From the NCBI GenBank assembly GCA_951406725.2, contig OX597831.1:38192001-38256000 (forward strand): a DNA stretch of 64,000 bases. Direction: 5' to 3'. The notes below the pieces were generated by a model. That model ran no database searches, was not told where the DNA came from, and was given only the letters and a program-made list of their open reading frames with translations. This DNA is from Octopus vulgaris (lineage: Eukaryota). Each line of letters opens with the position of its first letter. Position 1 is the first letter of the stretch. This document shows positions 1 through 11,485 of this stretch, in pieces. The translations under genes were made by a program, and so were the position numbers.

Positions 1-180
1 AACCCTACACGGTTGCTTTCATTCTCTCTGTATATTTCCACTTATTTCTTCCTTTCTGTCGAAGAGCATAGACTCGAAACGTAAAAGAATATTTCATTTT
101 CCCCGAGCGTGAAACTATGACATTTGCTTGTTGTTCATACAACTGGCTTCGTCTTTTGTTTTTCTATAAATTACAACGAC
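1..180 (+). mobile_element. Terminal fragment of an HHR-bearing, Penelope-like/retrozyme-like element (family H2); runs off the window start
   Basis: Contains the HHR motif at 52-87 and is similar to 55980-56170. Its downstream part resembles family H1 (ttccccgagcgt vs ttccctaagcgt) and ends at a CA/TA microsatellite. Confidence 0.5.
52..87 (+). ncRNA. Minimal type I hammerhead ribozyme-like motif with variant core CUGUCGA
   Basis: cttt-CTGTCGA-a-GAG catag a CTC-GAAA-C-GTA-aaag. Stem I is cttt/aaag, stem II is GAG/CTC, stem III is the ACGU palindrome, and the triplet is GUA. Confidence 0.55.
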
Positions 181-245
181 ATACACACACAGAGACATAT
201 ATGGACACTCACAGAAATATATATATACATATATTCACATACGTG

Positions 246-248
<3 letters not shown>

Positions 249-312
<64 letters not shown>

Positions 313-318
313 TATATA

Positions 319-372
<54 letters not shown>
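249..372. repeat. (TA)n microsatellite
   Basis: Directly visible, with short interruptions. Confidence 0.97.
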
Positions 373-376
<4 letters not shown>

Positions 377-389
377 CATACATACACGC

Positions 390-570
390 ATATATTGTAA
401 ATACAAAACAAGCACAAAAACAACAAGGCGAGGACGTGGTACATGTAAAGTATTAGCAAACGCTTAGGGAAGGAAAGACAGATGGTTTAACGTTTCGAGC
501 ACAGCTCTTCTTCAGAAACAGAGGAAAGTCCTATGGAGGAGGATGATAAAGGAAGAAAACCCCGAACGAT
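390..570 (-). mobile_element. HHR-bearing short element, family H1
   Basis: Homologous copies at 23213-23325, 35322-35532 and 53620-53835. The 3' end of every copy abuts TA-rich microsatellite. Confidence 0.7.
485..519 (-). ncRNA. Minimal type I hammerhead ribozyme motif
   Basis: Reverse complement reads gttt-CTGAAGA-a-GAGC tgt GCTC-GAAA-C-GTT-aaac. It has a canonical CUGANGA/GAAA core, 4-bp stems I and II, and a palindromic AACGUU stem III. Confidence 0.78.
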
Positions 571-699
571 ATAAATATGTATATCAGACCCCTATTTTTG
601 AGTAAATAAGCGAGTAAACAGTGCTGACTATGTATGTTTTAGAAATATTGTTAGCACCCCACTATGCACATATTTGTCTACAAATACACACCCACACAT

Positions 700-831
700 G
701 CATATATATATAGATAGATATACATATATATGTGTGTGTATAAATCTATATACGTATGCATATGTATATATATATATATATATATGTATGTATACATATA
801 TTCATATGTGTATATATGTGTGTATAAAACT

Positions 832-887
<56 letters not shown>

Positions 888-990
888 TATATATCATATA
901 TACATGTATATAATATATATAATATACATAATGTTTACATGTATATATGTATATATATATATAATATGTATATATATATGTATATATATA
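700..990. repeat. Compound TA/TG microsatellite
   Basis: Directly visible. Confidence 0.9.
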
Positions 991-1398
991 GAAAGACAGA
1001 GTGTGTGAGAGAAAGCGTAGGGGGAAAACGTAGACAGCGAAGGTGGAATGAGTCAGTGAGAGGAAATAAATTCTATTTTGTAATATCTTATTATCTTTCA
1101 GTGAATGAATTTCTTTTAAACTGCTGTCATTGTAAATACGAGGAGGTCTTTCTAATCTAAGTTAAATGTGTGAAGATAGTTACAATAGAATCTTGTTTAA
1201 CTGTCTCCTAAGATGATGTTGTTGCGAGTCGAGGAAAGAAATAATGAATTAATAATGCTGTTTCTACACTACTTCAAATGCTAATAGGAAATTTGGCTTG
1301 CGAGTTTTTAGAATCCCCAAATGCAGAATAATCACTAATATTATATCAAACTACATTGCTATTAGATTTCGTTTATAAATATATGCGTACACACAATC

Positions 1399-1480
1399 AT
1401 ACATACATACATACATACATACATACATACATACATACATACATACATACATACATACATGCATGCATACATACACACAG

Positions 1481-1514
<34 letters not shown>

Positions 1515-1614
1515 TTTTTTTTTTAGAGAAAGATACAAAGATACGAAGAGAAACGTAGATAAACAGACAGATATACATATATGCATATATACCTATATAC
1601 ACACATATTTACTC

Positions 1615-1678
<64 letters not shown>

Positions 1679-1680
1679 CT
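1399..1680. repeat. Compound (CATA)n/(CA)n/(TA)n/(TG)n microsatellite
   Basis: Directly visible. Confidence 0.9.
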
Positions 1681-2418
1681 GTGTATACGCACATATATAG
1701 ACATACACGTATAAACATATACAGATTCACACACATTTATGTGTGTATACATCTATGTATGAATGTAAAATGCCGGCAGTATAAATACAAGATAGAAATA
1801 TATGACAGTTCTGACATCAGACTGAGAGGATTTGTCTTCCAAACCAATATTCTCGTGATAACGGTGGACGTGCCTAATGTTATAGGGGCCAATTTGCCAA
1901 CGACCTCATAAAACGACTCAAAGATTCTGGGAGTATAAAAATCAACAATGGTGGTGTTGTGCGGTATGCTGGTGGTGTAGGTGTTGGTTGAGATATTGTT
2001 GGTGGTGGTAGTGCAAAAAGCATACAAAATACTATATTATCCAACGTAACTAGGTTTTCTCCTTAAGACAGCAGAGTGCGTTTCGTGGACAGTTTGGATG
2101 CCTTTTTAGCATCTTCAACAGCCACACAGAGAGAATCATTTGTTTGTTCTTAGTTTATCAGAGAGTAAGAGTAAGGCTATGTATACAGTACGGTGTGCTA
2201 CAAGATTTGTGGTAGGTTAACATAAATCTCTCTACTGTGCTTCAATTTTTCTTATGACTAAGAGCAGTAGTCGACTTTGCACTGCATGTTGTTGTTATTT
2301 TTGCGATGTGGTCTCTTGTCGCTGCCTTAACTTGCTTGGTTGAATTTAGACTCGAGTCCTTAGCATGGTGTATACTCTTCTTTCTACAAATTTGGCGCGT
2401 TTAGCTATCCGAAATATA

Positions 2419-2900
2419 CAGGTTGTCCCAAAAGTCCCTGATGGGTTTGAAGATATAATAGCTTCGTTAATTTTACAAATAACTGCATGAAATTTGAATA
2501 CAATATTAAGGACATAAGATCCATTAATATACAGAAGTCAAAGTTTGCAACACCACTACATCACATATGAAAAACGATATCGCTTAAATGGCAGCCGTTT
2601 TAGGCTTCGCAGGCCCTAACTCTTACACCATACCACCCTCAAGATTTTCAGACCCCACCTCTCTGATTTCCCTATTAATGTTCTCCTTCAGTTGCACTAG
2701 AGTTTACGGATTTTGACGTAACATATTTGTTTGAAGTATGCTCACAACAAAATATCCGGTCTAGTCAAATTGACATTGCCGTAGCGGGAGATTATTCTCT
2801 CTCTAAATCACTGTCGTAGCGACTGCATAGTTTCTCTTGCGGTATAAGCAGTTCCCCACATCTTGTCGTGTAAGGTCTACTTTGAATGGCCTTCACGTTC
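2419..2900 (-). mobile_element. Decayed Tc1/mariner-superfamily transposon (C-terminal DDD region plus one TIR)
   Basis: TA-caggttgtcccaaaagtc terminus at 2417. The reverse strand gives degenerate peptides AYTARETMQSLR, NLTRPDILL*AYFK and TLVQLKENINREI, matching the QQDGAxxH / SPDLxPxDxxLWxxLK layout. Confidence 0.6.
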
Positions 2901-2902
2901 TC

Positions 2903-3140
2903 AAGACTTGACTAGCCCGGATTCTTTTCTTGGAGGGATACCTGAAATGGAGTGTTTACGTCAACACAGCTGAAACCCTGGTGCAACTGAAGGAGAGCAT
3001 CAATAGAGAAATCAGAGAAGTGGGGTCTGAAACTCTTGAGGGTGTTATGCTGCAAGTTTTGGAATACGCTGTGTTGCACCAGAACTGACACGAAAAATCT
3101 TTCCGTGAGAAAAGCCAATGTATACTCACTCAAGTGCAGA
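2903..3140 (+). mobile_element. Second, inverted fragment of the same transposase C-terminus
   Basis: Degenerate DLTSPDSFL..YLKWSVYVNTAETLVQLKESINREIREVGSETL; reverse-complement similar to 2630-2770. Confidence 0.6.
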
Positions 3141-5236
3141 ATATAGATATTCTGTAATCACTATACTACACATGAAGATTGCATTTAGTAGACATTTGCC
3201 GGTACCAAGTAAGTTTCTTGAAATTCATTGCTTAATCATTTTGACATTCCATCCATATAACTTGTAAATCATTTGTTATGATATCAAGCACTGTACTTTT
3301 GATATAATTAGCGATCTCATTTCAATGATTAGGCATTTTTAATATAACTCTTTAGTAAAAACATAATATTTTGGCTTGATATAAATGTATGAGTGCCACC
3401 CCTAGGATATCAACACATGTCAACGTAAATCTCAAACCTCATTACTCTCTCTATGTTTAGACATGTAAGAATGGAACCAAAATTGTTTATACTATGCGCA
3501 CAGATATGAAAACGTAAGGCCAAAACGTTAACAGAATTTTCTTTTATGGAAAAGTCCATATTTTCTAACATGAAATTCCTAATTTCATAAAACTTCTCAT
3601 TAATAGCCATCATATATATGTTATTAATTCCTGAAAGTCTCAACTCTTAACTCTTTTGCAAAAGCAAAATATTATAAAACATATGAAAGTGGTTTAGTAT
3701 CAATTCAAAGTAATGACTTCAAAATTGAGCGTCTACTTTGATTAAATACAATATGACATAAATTCATATTTCTTAATATATTATGGTTGTGTACTAATGT
3801 TGGATGAAAAGGGGTATTTATCAGGAATATTTACAAGCAATTTAAGTAGAAAAAACCTTTTTGTATGGATATTTTGAAAATATTAGGAACTTTTATGTAA
3901 TTTGACACCCCTAATTAAAATGGTAATTTATGCACATTTAGATCAAGAATTATTTTTTTTTTGTTTAAATCAAATAAAAATTTGTATACTCAACTACAAC
4001 AAACAGCAAAAAAATAATTTTCAGCAAGTTTTTTCATTTTGCCTCTTTTATGCATTTAGGTATCTTGGTTGTACTATTGATTATTTCTCTAAGTATTTCC
4101 TTGGATGTTACTATGATGACGTTTCTCCTCTAGTTCTCTTTCTCAAGATCTTTAAACATGTCACCCGCTTCTTTATCCACTCGCAAAGTTTCTCTGTTGA
4201 ACGTTGTCTCTGTCATAATTCCATAAGTCTTTATATTCCAATAGTGTTTTTGCTACAATTGCTAAACTCTGGGGCTTACTACAATTGACTTGTTTCTCTA
4301 TAATAATCAGTTCCCTAAGTTTCCTGTCTGTCAATATATTTTGAATTTACAGGCCCCTTCTTTTCCTTATTCGTAGTCCTTTACCCTACATTGGCCTCAG
4401 GGCTTGTTTGGTACGAAATCTGTAAAAATCAATTAGAGATTAATCATAAATAGGTAAGTATCTGTTATAACCAGTAAAATCTAAATCAAGTAGTAGACAT
4501 GTGAACAAATATAATCAATCCATGACCACCCCATATGAATTTTCATCACGCATATTCTACAATGTGTCTTTGTATTTGGACGATAGGGAACATGACTTTT
4601 AATAATAAACTATAATTTTAAAAATATCGCATTTAGTAGATCGAGTGAACGATCACATGCAACCTTGAAATGGAAAAAGAGTCAAGTTCTCGAGGATTTG
4701 CATGTAAAGTAAAGTGAAACGGGTGGAGGAATAGCAGAGGGGGTAGAAGAATGGACTGAGTGTGCAAAGTGGCTCTTTTGTTCTACTTGGTTTTAACATC
4801 TTATTCAATGTAATTAGATCACACAGTCTAAATAGATTCTTAAACAGTATCATTGAGGAATAATTAAAAAAACAACAAATAACAACATCAGCAACAATAA
4901 CCAAACCACTAACTAATATGCAACAAACGACTAAAAATATAAGTTAAAAATTGAAATAAAAAAATATTATAAAAGGAAAGAGCAGTATTTATCCGATATT
5001 GTGAAAGCAATGTTTTTTTCGCTAACGAAGAGTCTTCGCTAATTATTGGCAAAAGTACAAAATATTAATTACTTCTTCAGTGAAATTTCCTTGCTCCTAC
5101 CATTAATTCAAAAGCAATTAAATTTACTTCTTGTACATTATTGGAAATTTATAATGATTTGAAAACTGAGGGAGGAAGAAAAATACTAAAAGACAACACC
5201 AAGCACAAAGATACATAGAGATGCATATATATATAA

Positions 5237-5389
5237 AGAGAGAGAGAGAGAGAGAGAGAGCGAAAATGATAGGGTGAGAGAGAGAGGAAGTGAGACGTAG
5301 AGCAAAAGAGAAGACAAAATGGAAGAGAAAGAGGCAGAAAGAGGAAAGACAAAGGAAAAATGAGCAAGCGGGAATGGGAAAGTGTGTGA

Positions 5390-5434
<45 letters not shown>

Positions 5435-5440
5435 AGAAGG
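5237..5440. repeat. (GA)n-rich purine tract
   Basis: Directly visible. Confidence 0.85.
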
Positions 5441-6056
5441 TGAGAAACTCAGGACAGAAAGAAAAAGAGACAGAGAGCGGGAGACAGAGAGATGAGGTGA
5501 AAGAGTGAAAGAGGGCGAGATGAAATAGGGGAGAATGGAGATGTCATAGAGAGATGCACGAGGGAGAGAGATTTAAATAGGATAGAAGCTGAAAGATATT
5601 GCGATGGCGATTCTGGAAGCGGTGACAGGGACAATAATGTTAGTGATGGTGGTGGTGGTGGTGGTGGTGGTGAGGTGGTAGAAGAGAATAGGTGATGGAT
5701 GACGGTGGTGGTGCAGGTGATGGTGGAAAATGATGGTAATGGGGATGTTTGATGATGATAACAGTCCTGGTGGCGGCGGTGGTACTGATGCTGCTGCTGC
5801 TGCTGCTGCTGTTGCGGTAGTGATGGTAGTGGCGTTGAAGGTGTTACAGATTCAACATGTTGTTAATCTGGATCTTCCAATAGGAATATTTCTACTAGAA
5901 ATACATGCCATTATTTCTAAAATTGCTCATGCATTAAGGAAACTAAATTAACAATTTAACTTCGTGGCAATACAGTATCATGTTTAAACAAAAAAAAAAC
6001 CAAAAGCTAAGAATAAGAATGACAATCATAAAACATTTATTTCCTAAAAGAGTAGA

Positions 6057-6137
6057 ATCATCATCATCATCATCAGCATCATCAGCATCATGATCATCAT
6101 CATCGTCATCATCTTCATTATCATCATCATCGTCGTC

Positions 6138-6197
<60 letters not shown>
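6057..6197. repeat. (CAT)n/(ATT)n microsatellite
   Basis: Directly visible. Confidence 0.95.
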
Positions 6198-6200
6198 GTG

Positions 6201-6378
6201 AAGGCGGCGAACTGGCAGAATCGTTAGCACGCCGGGCGAAATGCTTGGTATTTCGTCTGCCGTTACGTTCTGAGTTCAAATTTTGCTGAGGTCGACTTTG
6301 CCTTTCATCCTTTTCAGGGTCGATAAATTATGTACTTCATACCCCGAATTTCAGGATTTGTACCTATGGTAGAAATTA
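6201..6378 (+). mobile_element. tRNA-headed SINE family B (central domain resembling Meta/MESC)
   Basis: aaggcggcgaactggcagaatcgttagc head, B-box gagttcaaatt and the gcctttcatcctttcggggtcgataaa domain; many copies in the window. Confidence 0.85.
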
Positions 6379-6394
6379 TTATTATTATTATTAT

Positions 6395-7085
<691 letters not shown>

Positions 7086-7087
7086 CG

Positions 7088-7300
7088 AAGCGGTGGCCTA
7101 CCAGAATCGTTACTGCGTCGGACAAAATGCTTAGCGGCATTTCCTTTGTTTCTACGTTCTGTGTTCGAATTCCACCGTTGTCGATTTTCCCTTTCATCCT
7201 TTCGGTAATAAAATAAGTACCAATCTAGTACTGGGGTCAATGCAATCGTCTTACTCCCTCTCCGAAAATTTCAGGCCTCGTGCCTCTAGTAGAAAGGATT
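7088..7300 (+). mobile_element. SINE family B (diverged)
   Basis: Homologous to 6201-6378 and 58009-58225. Confidence 0.8.
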
Positions 7301-7847
7301 ATCATTATTATTATCATTATTATTTGTTTTGTTATTATTATTATCATTGTATATATATTCATTCATTTATTTAATTGCGGAATTCAATTAAACATAGGCA
7401 TTAAAGTAAGGACATATGTTGGCAGCTTTCAATCTTGTGCATGGCAAAAAACGTGTGACATTTCGCTGGTGGGAACAACTACGTGCTACATAACATGCTA
7501 AGGACTGTTCCCAAATCTTCCTTTCATCACAATCTGTATAACGTGTAGTAATAAAGAATGGTATTTTAATGTTTTAAATTTTCTAACATACCGAGATCAA
7601 AATATAGATAATATGACGTTCCCTAATGAAATAACGTTGCTATTTGCGATACTTTTTTCTCCAAAATACAATTGTCCATCCCTGTGAACTTATCTCATTC
7701 GCTTTTGTCCTGATCCAAGTTTCACTCAAAATCTCTGAACAACTTGATAATACCCGCTGGATGCTAGCAACAGAAGGAAAAAAAATAAATGCAGTAACAT
7801 AAGATTCATGATTTTATGCCCTACTGTATCTAAAGCATCTTGTTTCA

Positions 7848-8263
7848 TTTTTCTTTATTGCCCACAGGGAGCTGAACATAGAGGAAACAAACAAGGACTG
7901 ACAAACGGGTCAAGATGATTACATCGACCCCAGTGCGTAACTGATACTTAATTCATCGACCCCGAAATCATGAAAGGCAAAGTCGACCTCGGCGGGATTT
8001 GAACTCACAACTTAACGGCAGACGAAATACCTATTTCTTTACTATCCACAAGGGGCTAAACACAGAGAGGACAAACAAGGACAGACAAACGGGTCAAGTT
8101 GATTACATCGACTCCAGTGCGTAACTGATACTTAATTCATCGACCCCGAAATCATGAAAGGCAAAGTCGACCTCGGCGGAATTTGAACTCACAACTTAAC
8201 GGCAGACGAAATACAGCTAGGCATTTCGCGCAGCGTGCTAATGTTTCTGCCAGCTCGCCGCCT
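7848..8263 (-). mobile_element. Dimeric SINE family B copy
   Basis: Head cagctcgccgcct at 8251-8263; two ~183-bp tandem units joined at gacgaaatac|ctatttcttt. Confidence 0.88.
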
Positions 8264-8521
8264 AAGTATCTTCTTTCTCGAAATGAATTAAGAACTTAGA
8301 TAATTAGATTTCCTGGTTAATAATGGTATGAGTTTAATGAATTAAAAGTTCCTAGTGCATTAATGTGGAGAAATGTTAGATCTGTGAATATGTTGGATAT
8401 ATTGTTTCAAAAAATTTATTCTGATCTTTTTTCGATAAAGCTGTGCCAGTGAGAGAAGTAAGTTGGTAGAATACCTAAAAGTGCAGGCAATACCTTCTTC
8501 TGTATGTTTCTAATATATATA

Positions 8522-9403
8522 TAAGGTCTGATCAATAAGTATCTCGACTGTTGCCATAGCAACAAAGATAAGGCACGCAGAGTAAAGCTGCTTGGCAAAG
8601 ATTGACCTTGAACTCTGTTGTGCATGCGCACTAAGATTTGATGTTCTACCTCACTTTTGCTGTTTTACAGCAATGCTTGGAGAGAAGATGTGTAGCGTGT
8701 GATCATCGCATTGACCATGACTGAGTAAATTGTCATGGCGATACCTGCTTAGAAGCCTACGCATAGTTGCAGAAAGTGTATGGAGATAAGTGTATGAACT
8801 GCACACAAGTGTACGAGTGGATCACAAGTTCCCAAGTTGGTGGGAAAATGTCGATATTGGTGAACGTTCTGGGAGACCCGTAACCACCAGATCTGAGAAA
8901 AACATCGCAGATGTGCGTGCAGCTGAGACGAGAAATCGTCGAATCACCATCCATGAGTTATCACAGGATGTACAGATTAGTTTCGCTTCAGTTCAGTCCA
9001 TTATCACTGCAGATTTGGGTATGAGACGCGTGTCTGCCAAATTTGAGCCAAAACTGCTTTCTGCTGTCCAAAAACGCACTTAGGATTCACTTGTTGCACA
9101 AGATCACCTTTATTGTGTCCAGAACGATACAGATGTTATGAAAACTTTGCGTAGGTCTCTACGTAGGCAGCTATCGCCAAGCTTTCGTCAAAACATTATG
9201 CAAATTCTCTGCTCAACTATATCATGGTCAATGCGACGATCTCGCGCTACACACCTTCTTTCCAAGCACTGCTGTAAACAACGAAATGAGCTAGAACGTT
9301 AAAACTTAGTACGCATGCACAACAGGGTCCAAGGTCAGTATTTGCCGGGCGGCTTTTCACTGCATGCTTGACAACAGTCCTGATAATTATTGATTAGACC
9401 ACG
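8522..9403 (+). mobile_element. Internally deleted mariner element with ~200-bp terminal inverted repeats
   Basis: Arms 8522-8720 and ~9223-9403 are inverted and TA-flanked. The interior encodes ERSGRPVTT...RRITIHELS...LGMRRVSAKFEPKLL (mariner HTH and WVPxxL-like linker). Confidence 0.85.
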
Positions 9404-9420
9404 TTTATATATATATATAT

Positions 9421-9540
9421 AAACTTAGATAAACTTAGATATGTTTCGACCAAAGATTGGTCCAGGCCATGTCTAACTTAATAGCACCACCTGATAGGAT
9501 TATTCGAATCCTGTTTAAGTCAAGTTTTGTTCAAGTAGTG
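9421..9540 (-). mobile_element. Short TA-embedded element, family H4 (HHR-like half motif)
   Basis: Shares ccaggccatgtctaacttaatagcaccacctg and a hairpin-GAAAC with 35886-35965; TA repeats on both sides. Confidence 0.55.
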
Positions 9541-9583
9541 ATATATATATATATATATATATATATTTATTATATAGAAGGAG

Positions 9584-9630
9584 CTTCTACAGGACTAGAA
9601 CTGTTTCATTCAAGAGAAATCTTCAGGAAG
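9584..9630 (-). ncRNA. Type I hammerhead ribozyme motif with a closed stem III
   Basis: Reverse complement reads cttc-CTGAAGA-tTTC tctt GAAt-GAA-ACAG ttctagtc CTGT-A-gaag. The triplet is GUA, and the motif lies in a ~110-bp insert between two (TA)n tracts. Confidence 0.75.
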
Positions 9631-9683
9631 TACCTTATTGAGTACCTTATTTACTGTGGTTAACCCCGAATCAACCCGGGACC

Positions 9684-9741
<58 letters not shown>

Positions 9742-9779
9742 GTATAAATTGTATATATAATATATACATATCGCATTTA

Positions 9780-10173
9780 TTCTTTTTTCTGTAGGCGCAA
9801 GGCTCGAAATTCAGGGCGAGAGCGATGGTCGACTACATCGACCCCAGTGCGCAACTGGTCCTTATTTCATCGACCCCGGAAGGATGAAAGGCAAGTCGAA
9901 CCTTTGTGGAATTTGAACTCGGAAGAAATGCCGTACACCTTATAGATGGAAATAATCATGGTTTCAAATTTTGCCACAAGGGCAACAATTTTGTAGAAGC
10001 ACTTAAATCGATTACATTAACCCCAGAGTTCAACTGGCACTTATTTTATCGGCCCCCAAAAGGATGAAAGGCAAAGGGAACATCGACGGAATTTGAACTC
10101 AGAACGTAGCGAAGAACGAAATATCGCTAAGCATCTTGCCTGGCGTGCGAACGATTTTGCCAGCTCGCCGCCT
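9780..10173 (-). mobile_element. Two adjacent SINE family B copies (9780-9935 partial, 9960-10173)
   Basis: The atcgaccccg-aaggatgaaaggcaa domain occurs twice; head cagctcgccgcct ends at 10173. Confidence 0.82.
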
Positions 10174-10429
10174 TAAATAATAATAACGAAATAGAACTTC
10201 ACTCATTTTTCTTGATAATGTCTTTTCTTTTTATGTACCCCTCACTTCTTTCCCTTTTTTTTCTTGCAAAGAATCCAAACTTCATTAATATGACTTGGAA
10301 CCTTTCTGATTTAATTGAATTGAGAGCTTGACATTTACCAGGATAAATACGAACATTGTTTCTTAACAACTGGCCTACCTTCATGTTGTAACAGCTATGG
10401 AACTCTACTTATTTTCCTTGGTCTCCTTC

Positions 10430-10618
10430 TTATAACCCATATATACTCCTGGTTGCTTTTACGCAATGCAAAAGTTGCTCCTCCTCATTTGGACATGATC
10501 TCGCCGAGAAGCATCTAACTGAGAATACGAAATGTTCAGTGGGTAGTCGATACCTGTAGCTAACAGTTGCATACTGTCCTTGTCTTCCATATTGTGAAAG
10601 CTTACCATAACGTTTAAT
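10430..10618 (-). CDS. Candidate terminal coding exon of an unidentified gene
   Basis: Acceptor tttcactatttag followed by 62 stop-free, non-repetitive codons (IKRYGKLSQYG...SCPNEEEQLLHCVKATRSIYGL*). No homology recognised, and a second frame is also open for ~52 codons. Confidence 0.25.
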   Translation of the reverse strand: MKRYGKLSQYGRQGQYATVSYRYRLPTEHFVFSVRCFSARSCPNEEEQLLHCVKATRSIYGL

Positions 10619-10799
10619 CTAAATAGTGAAATTTTAAGACTTCATTTCTTTATGGGCACATATGAGATGATAAGAAGCGTAAGGCAATTGTGACGAGACA
10701 TCATTCGAGAGAAAATATTTCAAGGATTCTATGCATCTATAGTTCATATTGCGCCCCTATCAGGAATAATACTATTTATTATATCAAATGCATTTTTTT

Positions 10800-11090
10800 A
10801 CTGCAGTTTCAGCTCATAGCTGCGGCCATGCTGATGGACCGTCGTTTTGCTACACTGTTATTATTGAGAGCCTCCTCCAATATGTGGAACTTGGTGAAGA
10901 ATGGAGTTTGAGGTAGCTACCGTCATTTGCCCCTGTTGCCCTGAGGTAGGTTCATCGGGGACTCTCGATAGGAAGGGGCATGTTTTCCCTGTTTTTTTTT
11001 TTTAGAGAGATGGCTTTCACAGAATTTTAACAGTGATATAGATATTTGATCCTGAAACCGCAATCCGCCAGTCACACCTGCCCCGGTAAT
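10800..11090 (-). mobile_element. Probable LINE 3' end (L2/CR1-like) sharing its tail with SINE family A
   Basis: Reverse complement cagcatggccgcagctatgagctgaaac matches the SINE A tail cagcatggccgcagtcaaatgactgaaac, but the upstream sequence is unrelated to SINE A. Confidence 0.5.
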
Positions 11091-11278
11091 AGTGTCAACA
11101 AGTATCCGAGCAATTTGAGGCCCTTTGTCTTAGAAAAGCTTGGTAGCACAGAAAGACGGACTCGAATCCATGAGCAAATACTACTCCTTGCAAAAAAATA
11201 TTTCTAAGTCCTGCATATGCCTTTGAAGATGCAGGGTTATACTTACCAAAGGACTTTACTATTTAATAAATGACTCAC

Positions 11279-11485
11279 TTTACTATGATAATAGATAACT
11301 AATTTACTATGTAACACAAGAGTCATTTTACTATATAACCTAAAACTCTGCAACTCATACATGAGAAATGCGGAAATATTTGTTGTTGTCGTGTCGTATA
11401 TCCAGGTTGGTAAATATTTAAACAACGTTACTCCATTAATCTTTAGTTTCCATTTATATTGGACACTATTATACCAAGAAAATGT
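11279..11485 (-). CDS. Candidate internal exon (phase 0-0) of an unidentified gene
   Basis: Acceptor atttcacatag, 207 stop-free nt (TFSWYNSVQYKWKLKING...), donor AAA|gtgagt; alternative donor TG|gtaagt at 11247. Phase-compatible with 10430-10618. Confidence 0.2.
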
